From assembly GCA_003344405.1 (NCBI GenBank), contig NOWV01000236.1, positions 1 to 64,000 on the forward strand: DNA of 64,000 bases. The letters are read 5' to 3'. This DNA comes from Trichoplax sp. H2. Its lineage: Eukaryota. Of this stretch, positions 1-14,300 are shown in pieces. The position numbers and the translations under genes are program-made. The stretch's first letter is position 1. Each line of letters starts with the position of its first letter. The notes beneath the pieces were generated by a model, which searched no databases, was not told where the DNA came from, and worked only from the letters and a program-made list of their open reading frames with translations.

Positions 1-2009
1 ACTAGTCACTGCCAGAATGCCGTGCTCTACATCGCTATCAAACTATTCAGTCATGTGAAGTGCTATAACGATTATAGAAATAATCCTAGAAAATCAATCT
101 AATAAATTCGTGCACAGCCTGTATTAGTGTGCTTACACATACGGTACTCAGTATTAAATATTTAAGTTATAAATAGCATCGTAATACCCGTTGTAAAGGG
201 ATATAGTTAAAGCTTACAGCCCACTCAGACGTAATTGGCAAAACTTAATGTATATTGACCGTAGACCATTAACCCGAACCTGAGCAAATTTCCACATCAA
301 AGGAGTAACTTGTTCAGTTCATAGTCAGGAGTTGAGAATTCTATCAATAATATGGTATATGACTCCAAAGTAGAACTTCATGCATCTATCTGCTACGATC
401 TTTTATATAAGAAGTACGAATAAAACAAAGCTTCATCTATCCAGTTATCACGTGTAATTATCTTATTAATCACAACTAATAACTCTACTATACTTCCCAT
501 AGACTATAGTGCTTTACTTTATATTACTATTATTCTTTCCAAACACATTGCTACTGTAATTAATTGAAATCACCACATTAGGTATCTGTGCAAATGGCAA
601 TATATCTCCTATTTCAGCGCCAATATACACAATTATTGATTAAATTCTATTCGATAATAAAATAACATCTGACCATTAAAAACTAAACATGACGTAAAAA
701 TCAATAAATTGCCACTAATTAAAACGTCATTTGATATTCTAAGAGTAAATAAGGTATCCCATTACTGATATTACGCAACATGATAAATGAGTAATCCTTA
801 AAAACCTCCATTAAACATGCTATCTCGATTAGAGGGAATAGTATCCATGTTTGTTCTAACAAATAAAGGATACTGAATATTTGTAAATTAATAATTATAA
901 GGCATAAATTGTTTATGCAAAAACATTAATTATATCCTAAAGAATAATTAATTCAGCTTATATTCAGCTTTAAACTTCTCCATATTTAATAATTATGTAC
1001 ACATTATGATATTGAATTACATTTTTTAATACTAAATCCTGTAATTATATTCCTCCATGGACACTTGTCAATAAACTAGCAAGATCATAAACATAGCCCC
1101 AAACAGAAATTTAATCTCCTTGTTCAAAATAGAAATTTTTTAAAAACAGCTAAGCCTAGCGGCAAATGATAAATAGCTCAAGCACTTTCAATGTTGCAAT
1201 CCATACATATTGATATGATTATTTTGAACATTCTTTTGAGGCTTCTAATAAAATAAAATATTTCATTATCAAATCTAGAAATAGTTCATACAATTCAGAT
1301 ATGTAGTTGATTGCACCATGCTTATGTTACATCTGATTATTGAATGGTGGGATAAGCACCCCTTATGATGATTACAATATGTAGCAGTGCTCTAGCCTAT
1401 TTCTATAATAGTAAACAACTAAGTAACCATACATAAAGCAGATACAACGGTACTGCTTCACAATGAAGAATTCTAATGAAAACTATGAGTTAAGAAATTA
1501 TTTTCTTTATTTGTAAGGAGGAAGTTTTGTTTACTTCGACTAAAATTTAAAATTGTTTAGCCAAGATTACTATTAATATTTGTACATAATTGATTTTTTT
1601 TTAAAGACAAGAATAACTCCTTTGAGTTATTTTATATGAATAATTCAAAAAGTTTTTCGTCTTGATTTCTTTATGAAATGTCAACATCAACACTACCGTA
1701 TTACAAATATGCATGAAAATTTTCTATTGGTAACATGTTTTACGGCTTGCTGCAAAATGCAACCTTTATGATGATACTGAAGGTACAATCAATTTTAAAT
1801 TATAGGTTAGATATCTTGATAACTGTTACGAATCCTAGTTGTTAGCCTGCTTATCTCTAATCATGTCTTAGGCTAAATTATACTATGTTACAAGTTTTGT
1901 GATAGTGACATAGTGTTGGGTTGAAAAGTACGGTATAAAAGAGAGGTGAAAAGAAAAGTAAAAAGAGAGAGCTACACGTGGATCGATAACGTTGAATTAA
2001 GTTACCGGG

Positions 2010-2428
2010 TGTCACAAAACAGCTTTGCAACAAGATAACGCAATATACGATCAATAAGTCAATTCCTCGAACCACGTATCAAGGAACGATATCTGCACTA
2101 TCACAAACACTTTTGCTCTACTAGCAGACTACACAAAGACTTAGACGCCTCGTATTTTACGTTAAACACTAAGTTGGACAATTCTTCTTTATTTCACGAT
2201 ATACTGCATTTATATACTATTCCTCAATAGTTCATGAGTCATAGTTAATACAATTAACATTAGAATCATTTACTGAATTAGATATTAATTTTAGCTACTG
2301 CTCCCTTAATGCAGACAACAGTATTTACGAACATAGACATATAATGACTAATACAGAATAGTCAGATTACGATATGTCCTATCACGGAACATTTCCATGA
2401 TAATTTACAGTCTACCATAAGTAAATTA
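2010..2428 (-). mobile_element. Solo-LTR family A, copy 1 (truncated by assembly gap)
   Basis: Starts TGTCACAAAACAGCTTTGCAAC and closely matches 22497 onward. It is preceded by CCGGG. The same left flank recurs after the gap (2449-2676) with no insertion, i.e. an empty allele. Confidence 0.85.
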
Positions 2429-2448
2429 NNNNNNNNNNNNNNNNNNNN

Positions 2449-2676
2449 GGTACAATCAATTTTAAATTATAGGTTAGATATCATGATAACTGTTACGAAT
2501 CCTAGTTGTTAGCCTGCTTATCTCTAATCATGTCTTAGGCTAAATTATACTATGTTACAAGTTTTGTGATTGTGACATAGTGTTGGGTTGAAATGTACGG
2601 TATAAAAGAGAGGTGAAAAGAAAAGTAAAAAGAGAGAGCTACACGTGGATCGATAACGTTGAATTAAGTTACCGGG
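2449..2676. repeat. Near-identical duplicate of 1782-2009 (probable alternative haplotype beside a gap)
   Basis: Direct repeat with a few SNPs/indels, starting immediately after the 20-N gap. Confidence 0.9.
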
Positions 2677-4860
2677 TAACTATAATAATTAGATTTAGAA
2701 TCACACCGATACTATTAAATCATAATCAGCAATACGTTTACGATTGCAATCACTTCGTTAATGCGGGTCATTAAATTTTCTGAGTCTTGAGTCAGGGAAC
2801 GTTATTTGACAATTTGTAATTCTAAAGAATTGCAATATACCTGACATCTCTCTATTATTTCAAGCGATTAAAGCTCAGTTAAGTTAATTAATAATAAAAA
2901 TTCACTAATTTTAGCGGCTGATATTTTCATATCACGAGGTAAACTGATAGTTTCGCCTTCGTTTATTACAAATGGCATCCAGGCCTCCGCTTTAAATAAA
3001 TCTTGTTTAAAGCTGTCACCGAGGTATCTGCCATTTGGGTGTAATGATTAACAATCTACTATCTTTTACATATTAAATTATTCTGAGAGCTATTTACAAT
3101 GCTGAGTTGATAAAGTCATTGGGAAATAGCTTACTTAACATTAAAATCGATTTATTGTTTAGATTACAAGATGTATTTCTTTATAGTGCAGTAACCGCCT
3201 TCCAGCCAACCTGACTACAAAATCTTTGAAGAACAACAAAGATAATACATAATACATCGCTAAATTTAGCTCTTGCAAGCAATATCTCAGATTATTATTT
3301 TAAAGAATGAATCAAGGGTATTAATATTTTATTGACTAATGTTAGCTCTTGCGTAATAGTCTATTTATTTGTTAGCAATGTTCTCTATACAATGCTTATC
3401 GCCGATTTTGCATCATTCTTGCTTAATGTTATAAGTATAGGTTATTCTCTAAGTCGGGTCCGATTCAAAACCCTAGATATACTCTCACTCTATAAAATAG
3501 ACATGCCTTTCTGTTAGTTTTGCATCTGTCTAGTCAATAAGGTGGTTTTATGAATGTCATTCGATTGTTCAATGCACTCATTTTCTAGCACGTTCAGTAT
3601 ACTTTCTTACTATACATGGTTACGTAAATATCATGTTCATCACTATATATGTAAGTAATGCTAACAGAAATATAGATACGTTACAATAATTTATTCTCTC
3701 AATTGTTTATATATTGTGACTAATTTATTTAATTATAATGCAACAATCTAACTATTGACTATTCTCTATTTTTAATCATGCAAATTGGAGGATACTAAGG
3801 ACATATAAGCAACATATTACGACTCGTTTTTCTCAAATTCCCGATGATAGGACAGCGATTAAGGTAAGTTAAAAATTATAATATCATCTTTTGTAATAAG
3901 TGATCTCATTTATATTTTTAGTCAACCAAACATATTCGATTGGTAATCCCGGTGTACAAGTGTGAATTAAGATTAAATGTTTTGAGTTAATTCCAAGTGC
4001 TTAAACTAGAAAGATCAACGCACGGCTCAGATGCTATTAGGACAAAAGCTTTACAGCAATAAGGATTATACTTTCGCATACATTCTCATAATAAATTAAA
4101 TTTGATCATACCTGCTAATAACTTGTCTTCGTAGAAACAATATACTTTGAAAGAAAGCATTAATACCTCTACTGCTGCTATCGACGTTATCAATAACATC
4201 AATCGACTTATATCGCTATGAAATAGTTACAAGTCTGGTACCATCATTATTACAATAGCTACTCACAGTAAAGGTTATCGGTATCCAGACATACTGTATT
4301 TTAATTGCATCAATTTTTCATTTATGATATTAAAAATATTCTACTTGAATTAATTCCTGTATTTATTTTCATTCTCGAGTATTGATCAATGTATAAGTAT
4401 GCAGGACTCATTATACATGTATTCTTTTTCAAGCGTTCATCTTGCTATTGCTTACCAGGCTACGTGTAATGGAAGCAAATTTCTCGCAAAGTCTATTTGA
4501 CTAATTAATCAACAAATCTAAATTTCATATCACTTCAAAGTAAGAATTATTCTTTTTCAAGTCAATCATTTTTGTTAAATATCGGTATTTTATCTGCCAA
4601 TATTTTACTGGATTAATTGTCGGTATCAAGTATCCGTAAAACGTATACAAGTATCGCTTAGTTTTACAACAAATTTTATTATCAAATAAATTACAACTAT
4701 CAGTTCAAAATTTCGATTTTGAGCATAACAAACGAATTTTTGTTTAATCATTCATATATCAGTATAATTTGCTATTAGTATCTATGCAAATATAGCATTG
4801 TAATATAAAATAAGGAGGAAGTCATTCTGAACAAAAATTTTTATATTTGTCCTTAGCAAA

Positions 4861-6048
4861 ATGGCAAATAGCTCCTTTAACGTAAGCCAATCTCCGTCAA
4901 CGAATAGTCTTACCGATAATATAACAATGCCATTACTGGATCCATATGGCAACCAAATCAATGCATTTCGTATTGTAATTGTTTTTATATCATTTTTATT
5001 TTCATTTATGGGTACTATTTTCATGACATGTATCCTATGCAAGAATAGAAAATTGTTAAACTTTACAAATCTTTTGGTGGCTAACTTATCCTGGTCATCG
5101 GTGTTCCTAGTTGTTGTTGGCTTACTGTCTACATTACGTGATATAATCTTTCAAGGCAAATGGCCATACGGACAATTTTTATGTCAGGCTTTAGGTTCCA
5201 TCTTAATAATCGCCGTTTTTGTAGTCGCTTACAGCATTGTTGGTATTTGTTATGCAAGATTTCGTATAATATGCAAGTCTGGTTGGTTAACGCTAAAACC
5301 CAGAATGGCAATCTATTATATCATCATAGTTTGGCTTTTGGGTATTACCTATGCTATACCATATGGCAATTTAATCATTCTTTACCGCCTTCCTAACAAT
5401 TCGCAACTATGTATATATGATGAAAACCGATTTCCCTTGGTCTCAAAGCAAATATTTATGATGATCACTGTATTACTCGTATTTTTTATACCCTTAATTC
5501 TGATAATCACTTGGCAAAGGTTTATCGGCAGTGCCATTCGTAAAGTTAATGCAGTAACTCAGTCAACTCCTAATACCTTCTCATTAGCAAGTGAAAATAT
5601 AGAAATAGATCAAAGAGATTCTCTAGAAAAAGTAGAATGCAAAGAAATAAACCGTGCAAAGAAACAGTTGGTTTTAATGAGTGCAGCTATTGTTGTAGTG
5701 TTCTTTTTAACATGGTTTCCTTATTTTCTATTTCAATTACTGCTCTACTTTGAAGTTATTACCGTACCTACAACGAACAAGATATCTCTCGTTCAACAAA
5801 ATATCATACATCAAATTATAATTGTTAGACATATCTTACTGGCATTAATGTATCTCTTCGCATTTTTTAATACTTTAATCTGTCTCACTTTCAATCCCTG
5901 TTTTAAACATGCAATCGAGCAGTTATTTCATAGAAAGCGTCAATTGATGCAAACTCGTCACTTGGAGTCATCTTTTTCCCGCTTTAGCACCGTTATGACC
6001 AAGAAAAATGCTTACATTGCAAAATCAAGAAAATCACAGCAGGAATAA
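4861..6048 (+). CDS. Class A (rhodopsin-like) GPCR, peptide-receptor-like, intronless CDS
   Basis: 395-aa ORF with seven hydrophobic segments, N-terminal N-glycosylation sequons, ECL1 WPYGQFLC, TM6 FFLTWFPY and helix-8 FNPCFK. A splice acceptor (tttgtccttag) lies 4 nt before the ATG. Confidence 0.93.
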   Translation: MANSSFNVSQSPSTNSLTDNITMPLLDPYGNQINAFRIVIVFISFLFSFMGTIFMTCILCKNRKLLNFTNLLVANLSWSSVFLVVVGLLSTLRDIIFQGKWPYGQFLCQALGSILIIAVFVVAYSIVGICYARFRIICKSGWLTLKPRMAIYYIIIVWLLGITYAIPYGNLIILYRLPNNSQLCIYDENRFPLVSKQIFMMITVLLVFFIPLILIITWQRFIGSAIRKVNAVTQSTPNTFSLASENIEIDQRDSLEKVECKEINRAKKQLVLMSAAIVVVFFLTWFPYFLFQLLLYFEVITVPTTNKISLVQQNIIHQIIIVRHILLALMYLFAFFNTLICLTFNPCFKHAIEQLFHRKRQLMQTRHLESSFSRFSTVMTKKNAYIAKSRKSQQE

Positions 6049-6703
6049 TCAATCAATAAAATACATCAATATCATACTGTAACGTAACATAGTATTAGGA
6101 TTATAGACTATTAGCCATGTTTAGTATGATGTCAGTAGGGTGTCAAGTTACCATTAAGATTAGAGGTAAAATAGAACTATAAATCATATATTAGGATAGG
6201 GCTAGTTCGTTGCACTCTGACTGGTAGAAATAATATCTACGTGAATACTGTAGTAATTTCCATATTGGATTAGTGAAGGTCTGCTGTAAAACGTTTTTGC
6301 TAATAATAATCTGAATATCTATAAAATATGGTAGAATGTTGCTTTGCCGATTGTAGCTGCGAATGGTACGAAAAGTATATAAACTAGCAACCAAGATTAT
6401 TCTAGTAGTCCTTTCTAGAAGTATTTAGTAGTTGTATTCCGCTAGAGTAGAGCCGTGCATATATTATCTTTGCATAGGATCTAATAAAGTTTCAATTTTC
6501 TACAAATTTTGGATTTTCGTGATCGGTTATATCACACATACGCTTATCGAACATAGAATTGACGTTTGTTATTGAATTAGTCATTAAGAGATTTCTTTGA
6601 TAATTATAATATTAGGAGAGGAACATCTACATAGTACGGTACTGAATATAAAATGGTGCCCGATTCATGTAGTACAAGATTTTCTAATAATTAATTGATA
6701 CTA

Positions 6704-7599
6704 TGTGACAGTGTTATGTACTGTATTAGAGTAGAAACATCTATGTTAGGATAATTCTGTTAGCCTATCCTTATTTAGTTAACTTCTAATTTGGATATAC
6801 TGTATTTTAATATAGCACTGACTTTTTATGACAGTGACATTTATACACATACTGAAATTAATAGTTATAATAGGGAATGCAAATCATCTACTTACAGTTC
6901 CAATCATTACTAGTGCAAACTCCCGTCGCTTTGCTATGTTCGTTAATACTGTTGTCTGCATTAAGGGAGCAGTAGCTAAAATTAATATCTAATTCAGTAA
7001 ATGATTCTAATGTTAATTGTATTAACTATAACTCATGAACTATTGAGGAATAGTATATAANNNNNNNNNNNNNNNNNNNNCACTGACTTTTTATGATAGT
7101 GACATTTATACACATACTGAAATTAATAGTTATAACAGGGAATGCAAATCATCTACTTACAGTTCCAATCATTGTGATTGTAATTTACTTATGGTAGATT
7201 GTAAATTATCTTGGAAATGTTCCGTGATAGGACATATCGCAATATGACTATTCTGTATTAGTCATTACATGTCTATGTTCGTAAATACTGTTGTCTGCAT
7301 TAAGGGAGAAGTAGCTAAAATTAATATCTAATTCAGTAAATGATTCCAATGTTAATTGTATTAACTATAACTCATGAACTATTGAGGAATAGTATATAAA
7401 TGCAGTATATCGTGAAATAAAGTAGGATTCTCAAACTTAGCGTTTAACGTAAAATACGAGGCGTTTAAGTCTTTGTGTAGTCTGCTAGTAGAGCAAAAGT
7501 GTTTGTGATAGTGCAGATATCGTTCCTTGATACGTAGTTCGAGGAATTGACTTATTGATCGTATATTACGTTATCTTGTTGCAAAGTTGTTTTGTGACA
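6704..7599 (+). mobile_element. Solo-LTR family A, copy 2 (two overlapping versions joined across a gap)
   Basis: Reverse complement of 22497-23126 with TGTGACA at both ends and a 5-bp TSD TACTA (6699-6703 / 7600-7604). TATATAAA at 7393 is followed by AATAAA at 7416. Confidence 0.88.
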
Positions 7600-10500
7600 T
7601 ACTATATTTATCAATTTAGCCAGTTACACTATGCATTTAAATTCAGTTCTATATCGGTACTTAAGCAATACGTTTTATGATGCTACATAGCGATAATCAT
7701 AATTATCCAATCCTTCTTTGAATGGTCTAATCCTGGTAGAAAATTTATATTGTATCAATAATCTCATTAATAATATTTTGTTACATACTATACGTCGATT
7801 TAATGTCTTTATAGAACATTCTGCTGCTATAAGCAACATGATTGCATGAACTATCATACATTCATTGTTTGTCCAGCTTTTATATAATAATATGGAATTA
7901 TCTCATAAATGTACGATAGGCACGCTTGTATTATTTCATGCAGTTAATTTGCTTACCCTTCTATCCAAAAATGAAAGTAAAGAATGGAAATTTCTGAGGC
8001 TATATAGAATTCTATCTATGAAATTCTATCGAAGGTGGCCAGCACTAATAGATAGACCTTTCTTTTTAGAATTTGATAAAAAATATTAATAATTTTACAA
8101 CTTTCTTTGAGAACTTTTAGTAGACTCTAAGCCTGCTTCAGTATGAAGCAGAATTTATAGCCAATATGCCTACACAGTGTATCTGTAGTGATAAAGATAG
8201 TCGTACTTAAACAATTAAAAGACTGTCGTATCGAGCTAGAACTACCAGTATCTTCGCAGCGGAGTTTCAACTGTCCTAAGTAATATCGTTTTGAATTATG
8301 GCAACAGTATCAAACAGAATAAGATTATGAAGCTGCGATAAAAATTTCGTTCGCGAATTTTTACATAACATTGCTGAAGTTTTCTAAAAGTGTACTGCAA
8401 TAGCCTATCTACCAATAGGTTAACCATTCGAATTTTTACAACAAATATAATTTTTTGACCGAATGAACTTGTACTCGTATATGAACATATACAGTTTATA
8501 TGAGCGATTAATCTCGAAAATAACTAATACATAGCCCGAACATTAAAAGTGTGCCGTTTCATCATATAAGCCGCAGTCTGCTAATATTATGTTTTTTATA
8601 ACCTATGGAATCATAGCAATATATAACCAATGATGACAAGATCTACGAGAAGTAACATCTGTTAGTATAGTGTTATTTAATAACTAAGATCATGATATAC
8701 TGTAGAATACCATTAACTGTACCGCAAAGAAAGACAAAAAATGGTTTTAGTCATTAAGTACAGTAGCATTTTAACCTTTATTTCCGGGTCATTATAACAC
8801 CTGATACGCTTTTCTCCTTCAAGAAGATGATTTGTACAATACGTAATAAGGCTATATGAGATATTGACCCTATTCTATGTAGAGAGTAATAGCAATATTT
8901 TGAAACAAATCAATCGCATTAGTAAAATAAATAACACTCTTTTCGGACATTTTTCGTATAGGATGAGTTACAACACTAAGTTAAAATGATTTAACTAGAC
9001 AGAAAGTACCCTACTGGTTGTGCGGTATTATAAAATCTGGCTTCAATATCGTGCTAGAAATTCTAAATCGCTTATTCTCATAAATTCCCTTCAAGAAAAA
9101 TCAGCAAATCTGCCTATGCATAAACCATCATTAAATTGATACTAAGTTTTTACTAATCATCGCAGCGAAAATTTTTAAGTAGATTAAAATATCTAAATTT
9201 CTATCTCAATAAATGTGCTAGCTATTTATAAAAGGGACTGCCTACAGGAAATTCTTATGTATTATCTCTTTATCTTACAGAGGCTAAATTCAGCTATACT
9301 TTACTGTACCGCACAAACCAGGATTATGGCGTATGCTAAAATTAGCAACTGATCTATGCCTTACTAACTCTTCCTTAATTTTAGACATTCATACCAAAAG
9401 TTAAATTATGTGCAATCACACAGATTTATTTATAGGCATTAGAATACTAAGTTTTAAGATGTATTTTCTAAAATAGTGGAGGAATTTCATTTCAATTTAT
9501 TTGTAAAGGTCCCTTTCTAAACAAGTTTGTAAGACGCTGATTAATTATTTAATTACAATTTGAAATATTCGATCAAGCGTTCAATACATTTAAAATCAAT
9601 AAGAGTAAATTATTTACAGGGGACAAGCAGCAGCTGCAGCGTTGTAGAGGATTTTCATTCATATAAAGTGGTTTAATCGCAATATACTAATACGTCGTTA
9701 ACAGCTGAAGCCTTCTTTTCTATAATTTTTAAGTTTTTTTTGGATATCATTCTTAACACATTCAAAATACAATACATGGCATAGAAGACCAGAAACATAA
9801 GGCTATGGTAATCTATATTAATAATTCTTTTTCTCATGTTCATCATCACGTACCTATAGCGCATTGCATATCTCACGTTTTACTTCCAAAAACAAAGGAA
9901 AGAAAAATTAGTGGCGAGTAACCAATGCACACCGTAGTAAATTTCAATTTTGTCGCCATTCACTTTTATATCGAGTAACGCGTATTGTAGCTTGTAAATC
10001 GATTTCTTGGTAATCTATTTTGCATACTGATGCCAGTAAGCAATTAGCTGTTGATATTATATAGCTTATTGCTTAAGTATACGTTATCGAAGACTTGTCT
10101 GATGCAAATATTATAAAATATTTCATGGAGCTATATTGAATATAATTAATCGGGAGTTGTCACGAGCTATGAATAGCCCTAACTTGCAGCAAGGTTTGAG
10201 AGAGTGATTTCTATCCTATATTACTATTATTCTGAATACCAGATAATTAGTATTCCCAGATAGAAGGGTTTAATACAATAAAACCTTCAAAACTTACTAG
10301 AAAATCACAATCTAATTTATTGTCGGCGAACTCGCCGTTTATACAGGTTTCGGTTCCTAAAACCGGTTGAACTACAAAAGTCCTCGTCTATTAGAAATTA
10401 ACCAAATTAATGCCATAAAGAGATTATATCTGTACAGATTAGATAAAGTCCAATCCTATTAAATTTACTGTAGCAGTATAAAGATAATCATGGCTTATTA

Positions 10501-11211
10501 ATAGTTTAACAGATACATATAAAGCTATCCTACTAAGACATTTCCTCTAAACTTAGGAATTGTACTTTGAACCTTAATAACTTTGGGGGTGATAGATATA
10601 ATCTAGTTTAGCTGGTTGGCAATTACTATTTTAGTCTATTTAATTCTAACTTGAGGATATCAACTGTTAACCACTAAAATTACAAATAAGGAGACCGTAA
10701 AATATTTCTGAGATATAAACATATATAGAACGTACATAGAAATAAAGTATACACCACGAGGATTACTTTCATGACGGGAGTGGATACCGCTAACGAAAAG
10801 TCTCTAAAATATCCTGATAGTGGTAAGTTTTTCCCTAAGTTCCATTTTTGATTTCCTTTTAATGATCTATTGTTATTTATTACTTGTACATCCTTTATTT
10901 CCTGAAGTTACGGTAGTTTTTCTATTAAAAGATGACATAGTTTTCTATTTCTTAGTGGACCATTGGCACTATCCCAAGTGCAATTCATCCTGTTAATGTA
11001 GTCAGAATTGTTTACTGTTTCACAAGTTTAAGTTAATAACCTACATTTTATTAATAAAAAAGAAAATATATTAAGTATCATATACAGCTTAATTGAACAT
11101 AGTAACTCAAGCAGGTTCATAACAATAATCAATAGAAAGGACGCCGGTATCGGATCATAAGACTCATAACACTCTTACTGCACTTAAATGATTGAAATTG
11201 TAGAACAACAC

Positions 11212-11358
11212 TGTGGTGATGTAGTTTCAGTAGTTAGTGAGGGACTTTCAATAGACATATTCAATAATAGTTGAGCTTAGATTATCTTTATTGAGCTTAT
11301 GAGAAGCGTGTAAGAGATACAGATAGTCGTGAATAATCAGAACGTGAAAAGTCTAACT
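11212..11358. mobile_element. Start of a third insertion (TGTGGTGATGTAG...), LTR-like family C, truncated by gap
   Basis: The flank ~11028-11211 recurs after the gap (~11379-11561) and continues as CTATAAATC without this sequence. The insertion begins with TGT right after AACAC. Confidence 0.55.
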
Positions 11359-14300
11359 NNNNNNNNNNNNNNNNNNNNTAAGTTAATAACCTACATTTTA
11401 TTAATAAAAAAGGAAATACATTAAGTATCATATACAGCTTAATTGAACATAGTAACTCAAGCAGGTTCATAACAATAATCAATAGAAAGGACGCCGGTAT
11501 CGGATTATAAGACTCATAACACTCTTACTGCACTTAAATGATTGAAATTGTAGAATAACACCTATAAATCAATCGTAGAGTTTGCATGTGTAGAATAGCA
11601 AAATCGATATTTAAAATATTTTAAGTATCCATAGAAATATTTATCAAGCAAATTAGCAATAAGACTACAGTAACATTAATAACGGTTTATAATATACCAT
11701 AAAAATGTAGAAAGTTTTTTGGGATTGAAATTTCTTTACAAAGCCGTCGTTAAAGCGCTATTAGAAGCCTTACGAAGTATTAAACTGAGAATGCTTTCCC
11801 TGTCTCTTACAAGTACTGTACTAGTCGAACTCTAGAGTATAATATTCTACGAGGAATTCACAACGCATATTATGTAGGTGCTTGTATATAAATTATAATA
11901 TTTAGGAACTTACACGTAATACAGTGCTACTGTATACTCAATATTTATGATTTCTACTAGCGCACTAGACAGATACTAGGCGTACTATAGAATTCATCTT
12001 TCATTGGTTCGGCCAAGAAAAATATCTTAAAGATACCGTAGCAAATTTCTAAATGAAAGAAGCATCTATACTGTAGTACTCCATTTGCTGTGTAAGATGA
12101 TGTTTAAGCTGTATAATGCCTGACCAAGCTAGACAGAGTAGACCTGCAAGGTAGCATGAGTGGTAGATCGATTATACAGAACGATATATCGAAATAAATA
12201 TCGCGGATTTCTTGCAGCAATAGCAACTTCAATTTGGTATAACAGTGTTGGAGTTAACCATAACAAACGTTTATAATTATTAAAATACTACAAAGGTTGC
12301 TACCATACGATACTGTAGGCTTGAATACAAGCTACCCAGATAACTTTTCAAATTATTCCGAAGAATTATCACGAGCATCAAATCGTCTACTGTGTACTGG
12401 ACTTTGCAATAATATCAATGATTTTATTATAATACTAACAACTCTGATTTTGTATTAAAGTATTCGAGCTTTATAAAACACAATTATCGTACATTGGTGA
12501 TATAATGTAGACTCAATCACCGGCTATGCAGGTAAATTTCCTCTTAACGTACTTAAATATTAGCGATCTTGCACTGTTCTAGCCATATATTGCCACTAAT
12601 CATGCATGATTATCGTTACTATTCGTTGCTAAATTACCGCAAACTACCACTACAGCAGCAGTGTTATGAACGCAATTAATCGTATATAATTAATATATAT
12701 GGCATACTATGTACAATAGACGACTAAAGTCGACTGTAGTATTTTTTTAGATTGCGTAATATTCATAATATCGACTTTAACTCTGAATTGACAATTAAAT
12801 CCATGACAAACAAACCTTGATAGGCAAAAAATATAATGCGACAATCAAGAAAGTAAATCGTAAATAAATAAATAATATAACACAATACCCTACCACTTCG
12901 CAGACAGAGATATCGTATTAAATTTTTTTAATTTATCTCTGCTATGAAAATACACCTCCAATTCAACGAAGTAATTCTTTATAAGTTATATTTTACAGTA
13001 ATTTTATGACAACAGAAGGTAGAAGTCAATATATACCGACGCATAATCACTAATGCATATTGTAAATACTGGTTATATTTTTTCGGTGCGGATTTGCGCG
13101 CTGAATTAATAAAGGATTTGTTCAAATGTTAAATTTGTACGATTAGTACAGTAGCACCAGTAATATTGAAATCTATCTAAGCATTAACTCCCAAGTTTAC
13201 TTCTATTAATGCAAACTAAAATGTTGAATATTAAAATTAGAATTCTTGTGCAGGAACGTAGATAATCTGGTAATATCTCTTTCCGTGAGTCTAATGGCAA
13301 ATACTTAAAATTATACTTGTCAGTTCGTTCTTAGTCATTACTATTTTATCTGCTAGCGAAGGGTGAGAAATCATAATATCCTCCAAGTTGAAGGCTTAAT
13401 TTCAAATCTCAATGGCAAGAAGACAGTTTTAATGGTCATTGTTGATTATAATTTATAGAAATAGAGTCACTTTCTTCTATATTTTCTCTTATCATTGCAG
13501 TATGGTAACTACAGCAAGAACATAAACTATATCAGATAAAGCTTAGTGTCTATAACGCTATAAGTACATGATTTTCACCCACTTCAGTAAGCATTCGTCA
13601 GTTACGGCACTACTCGTATTAGTAAATATCGATAAAATAAACTTCATGCATCAATCAATTTAACTAAGATTCCATCAGTAAGTATCATTTTAAGTGTGTT
13701 AGTTATGCAATTGTTTTATTATCCAAAGACATTGTCGAACGTTATTTTCTCTTTATTTGTCGTATCCTTACTTTTTATCCAAAGACATATTGTCCTACCT
13801 TATATTATTATTTTAGGTAGCAGTGAAGGTTAAAGTAAGTATCGTATAAAGCTATTTGAGATATTTCCTAGATTACCCTTGATCGATTAGTTTTATTTGT
13901 GTCATATTCAGAGTAACAACATAGAAAGACATAGACATTCTTTTAAATTGATCTTTTATTCATTGATCACAAACGTCTCATTAATCTTGGAATTTGAAAT
14001 TGTAAATACCTGTGTCGCAAGTTTCAAAATTTGGGGATTTGAAATTAATTAATTTAAGAAACAAATTATAAGACTATAGATGAAGTCACGTTTACAAATT
14101 CTAACGTTGCAAATGACTATTTTTGTGCATATAGTAATTAACTAGTAGACAAGCATATTAATATCATTAATTTTACTACAATGAATTATTATTCTAAATA
14201 TGTGCTCATTTATTTCTATTTAATTAAGGGATCCAATACCTGTTTGCCATTGTTGAAATATTAGGATCTATGTTATGTTTTTCTAAACTATATCATAAGT

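Noticed and set aside
1878..2075. ORFs overlapping LTR family A (also 22764-23039)
   Set aside because: No gag/pol-like motifs; short chance frames, and 1878-2075 crosses the element boundary.
10771..10822. AUG-containing mini-exon with a strong donor as first exon of the second GPCR
   Set aside because: It ends in phase 1, whereas the acceptor at 27817 needs phase 2.
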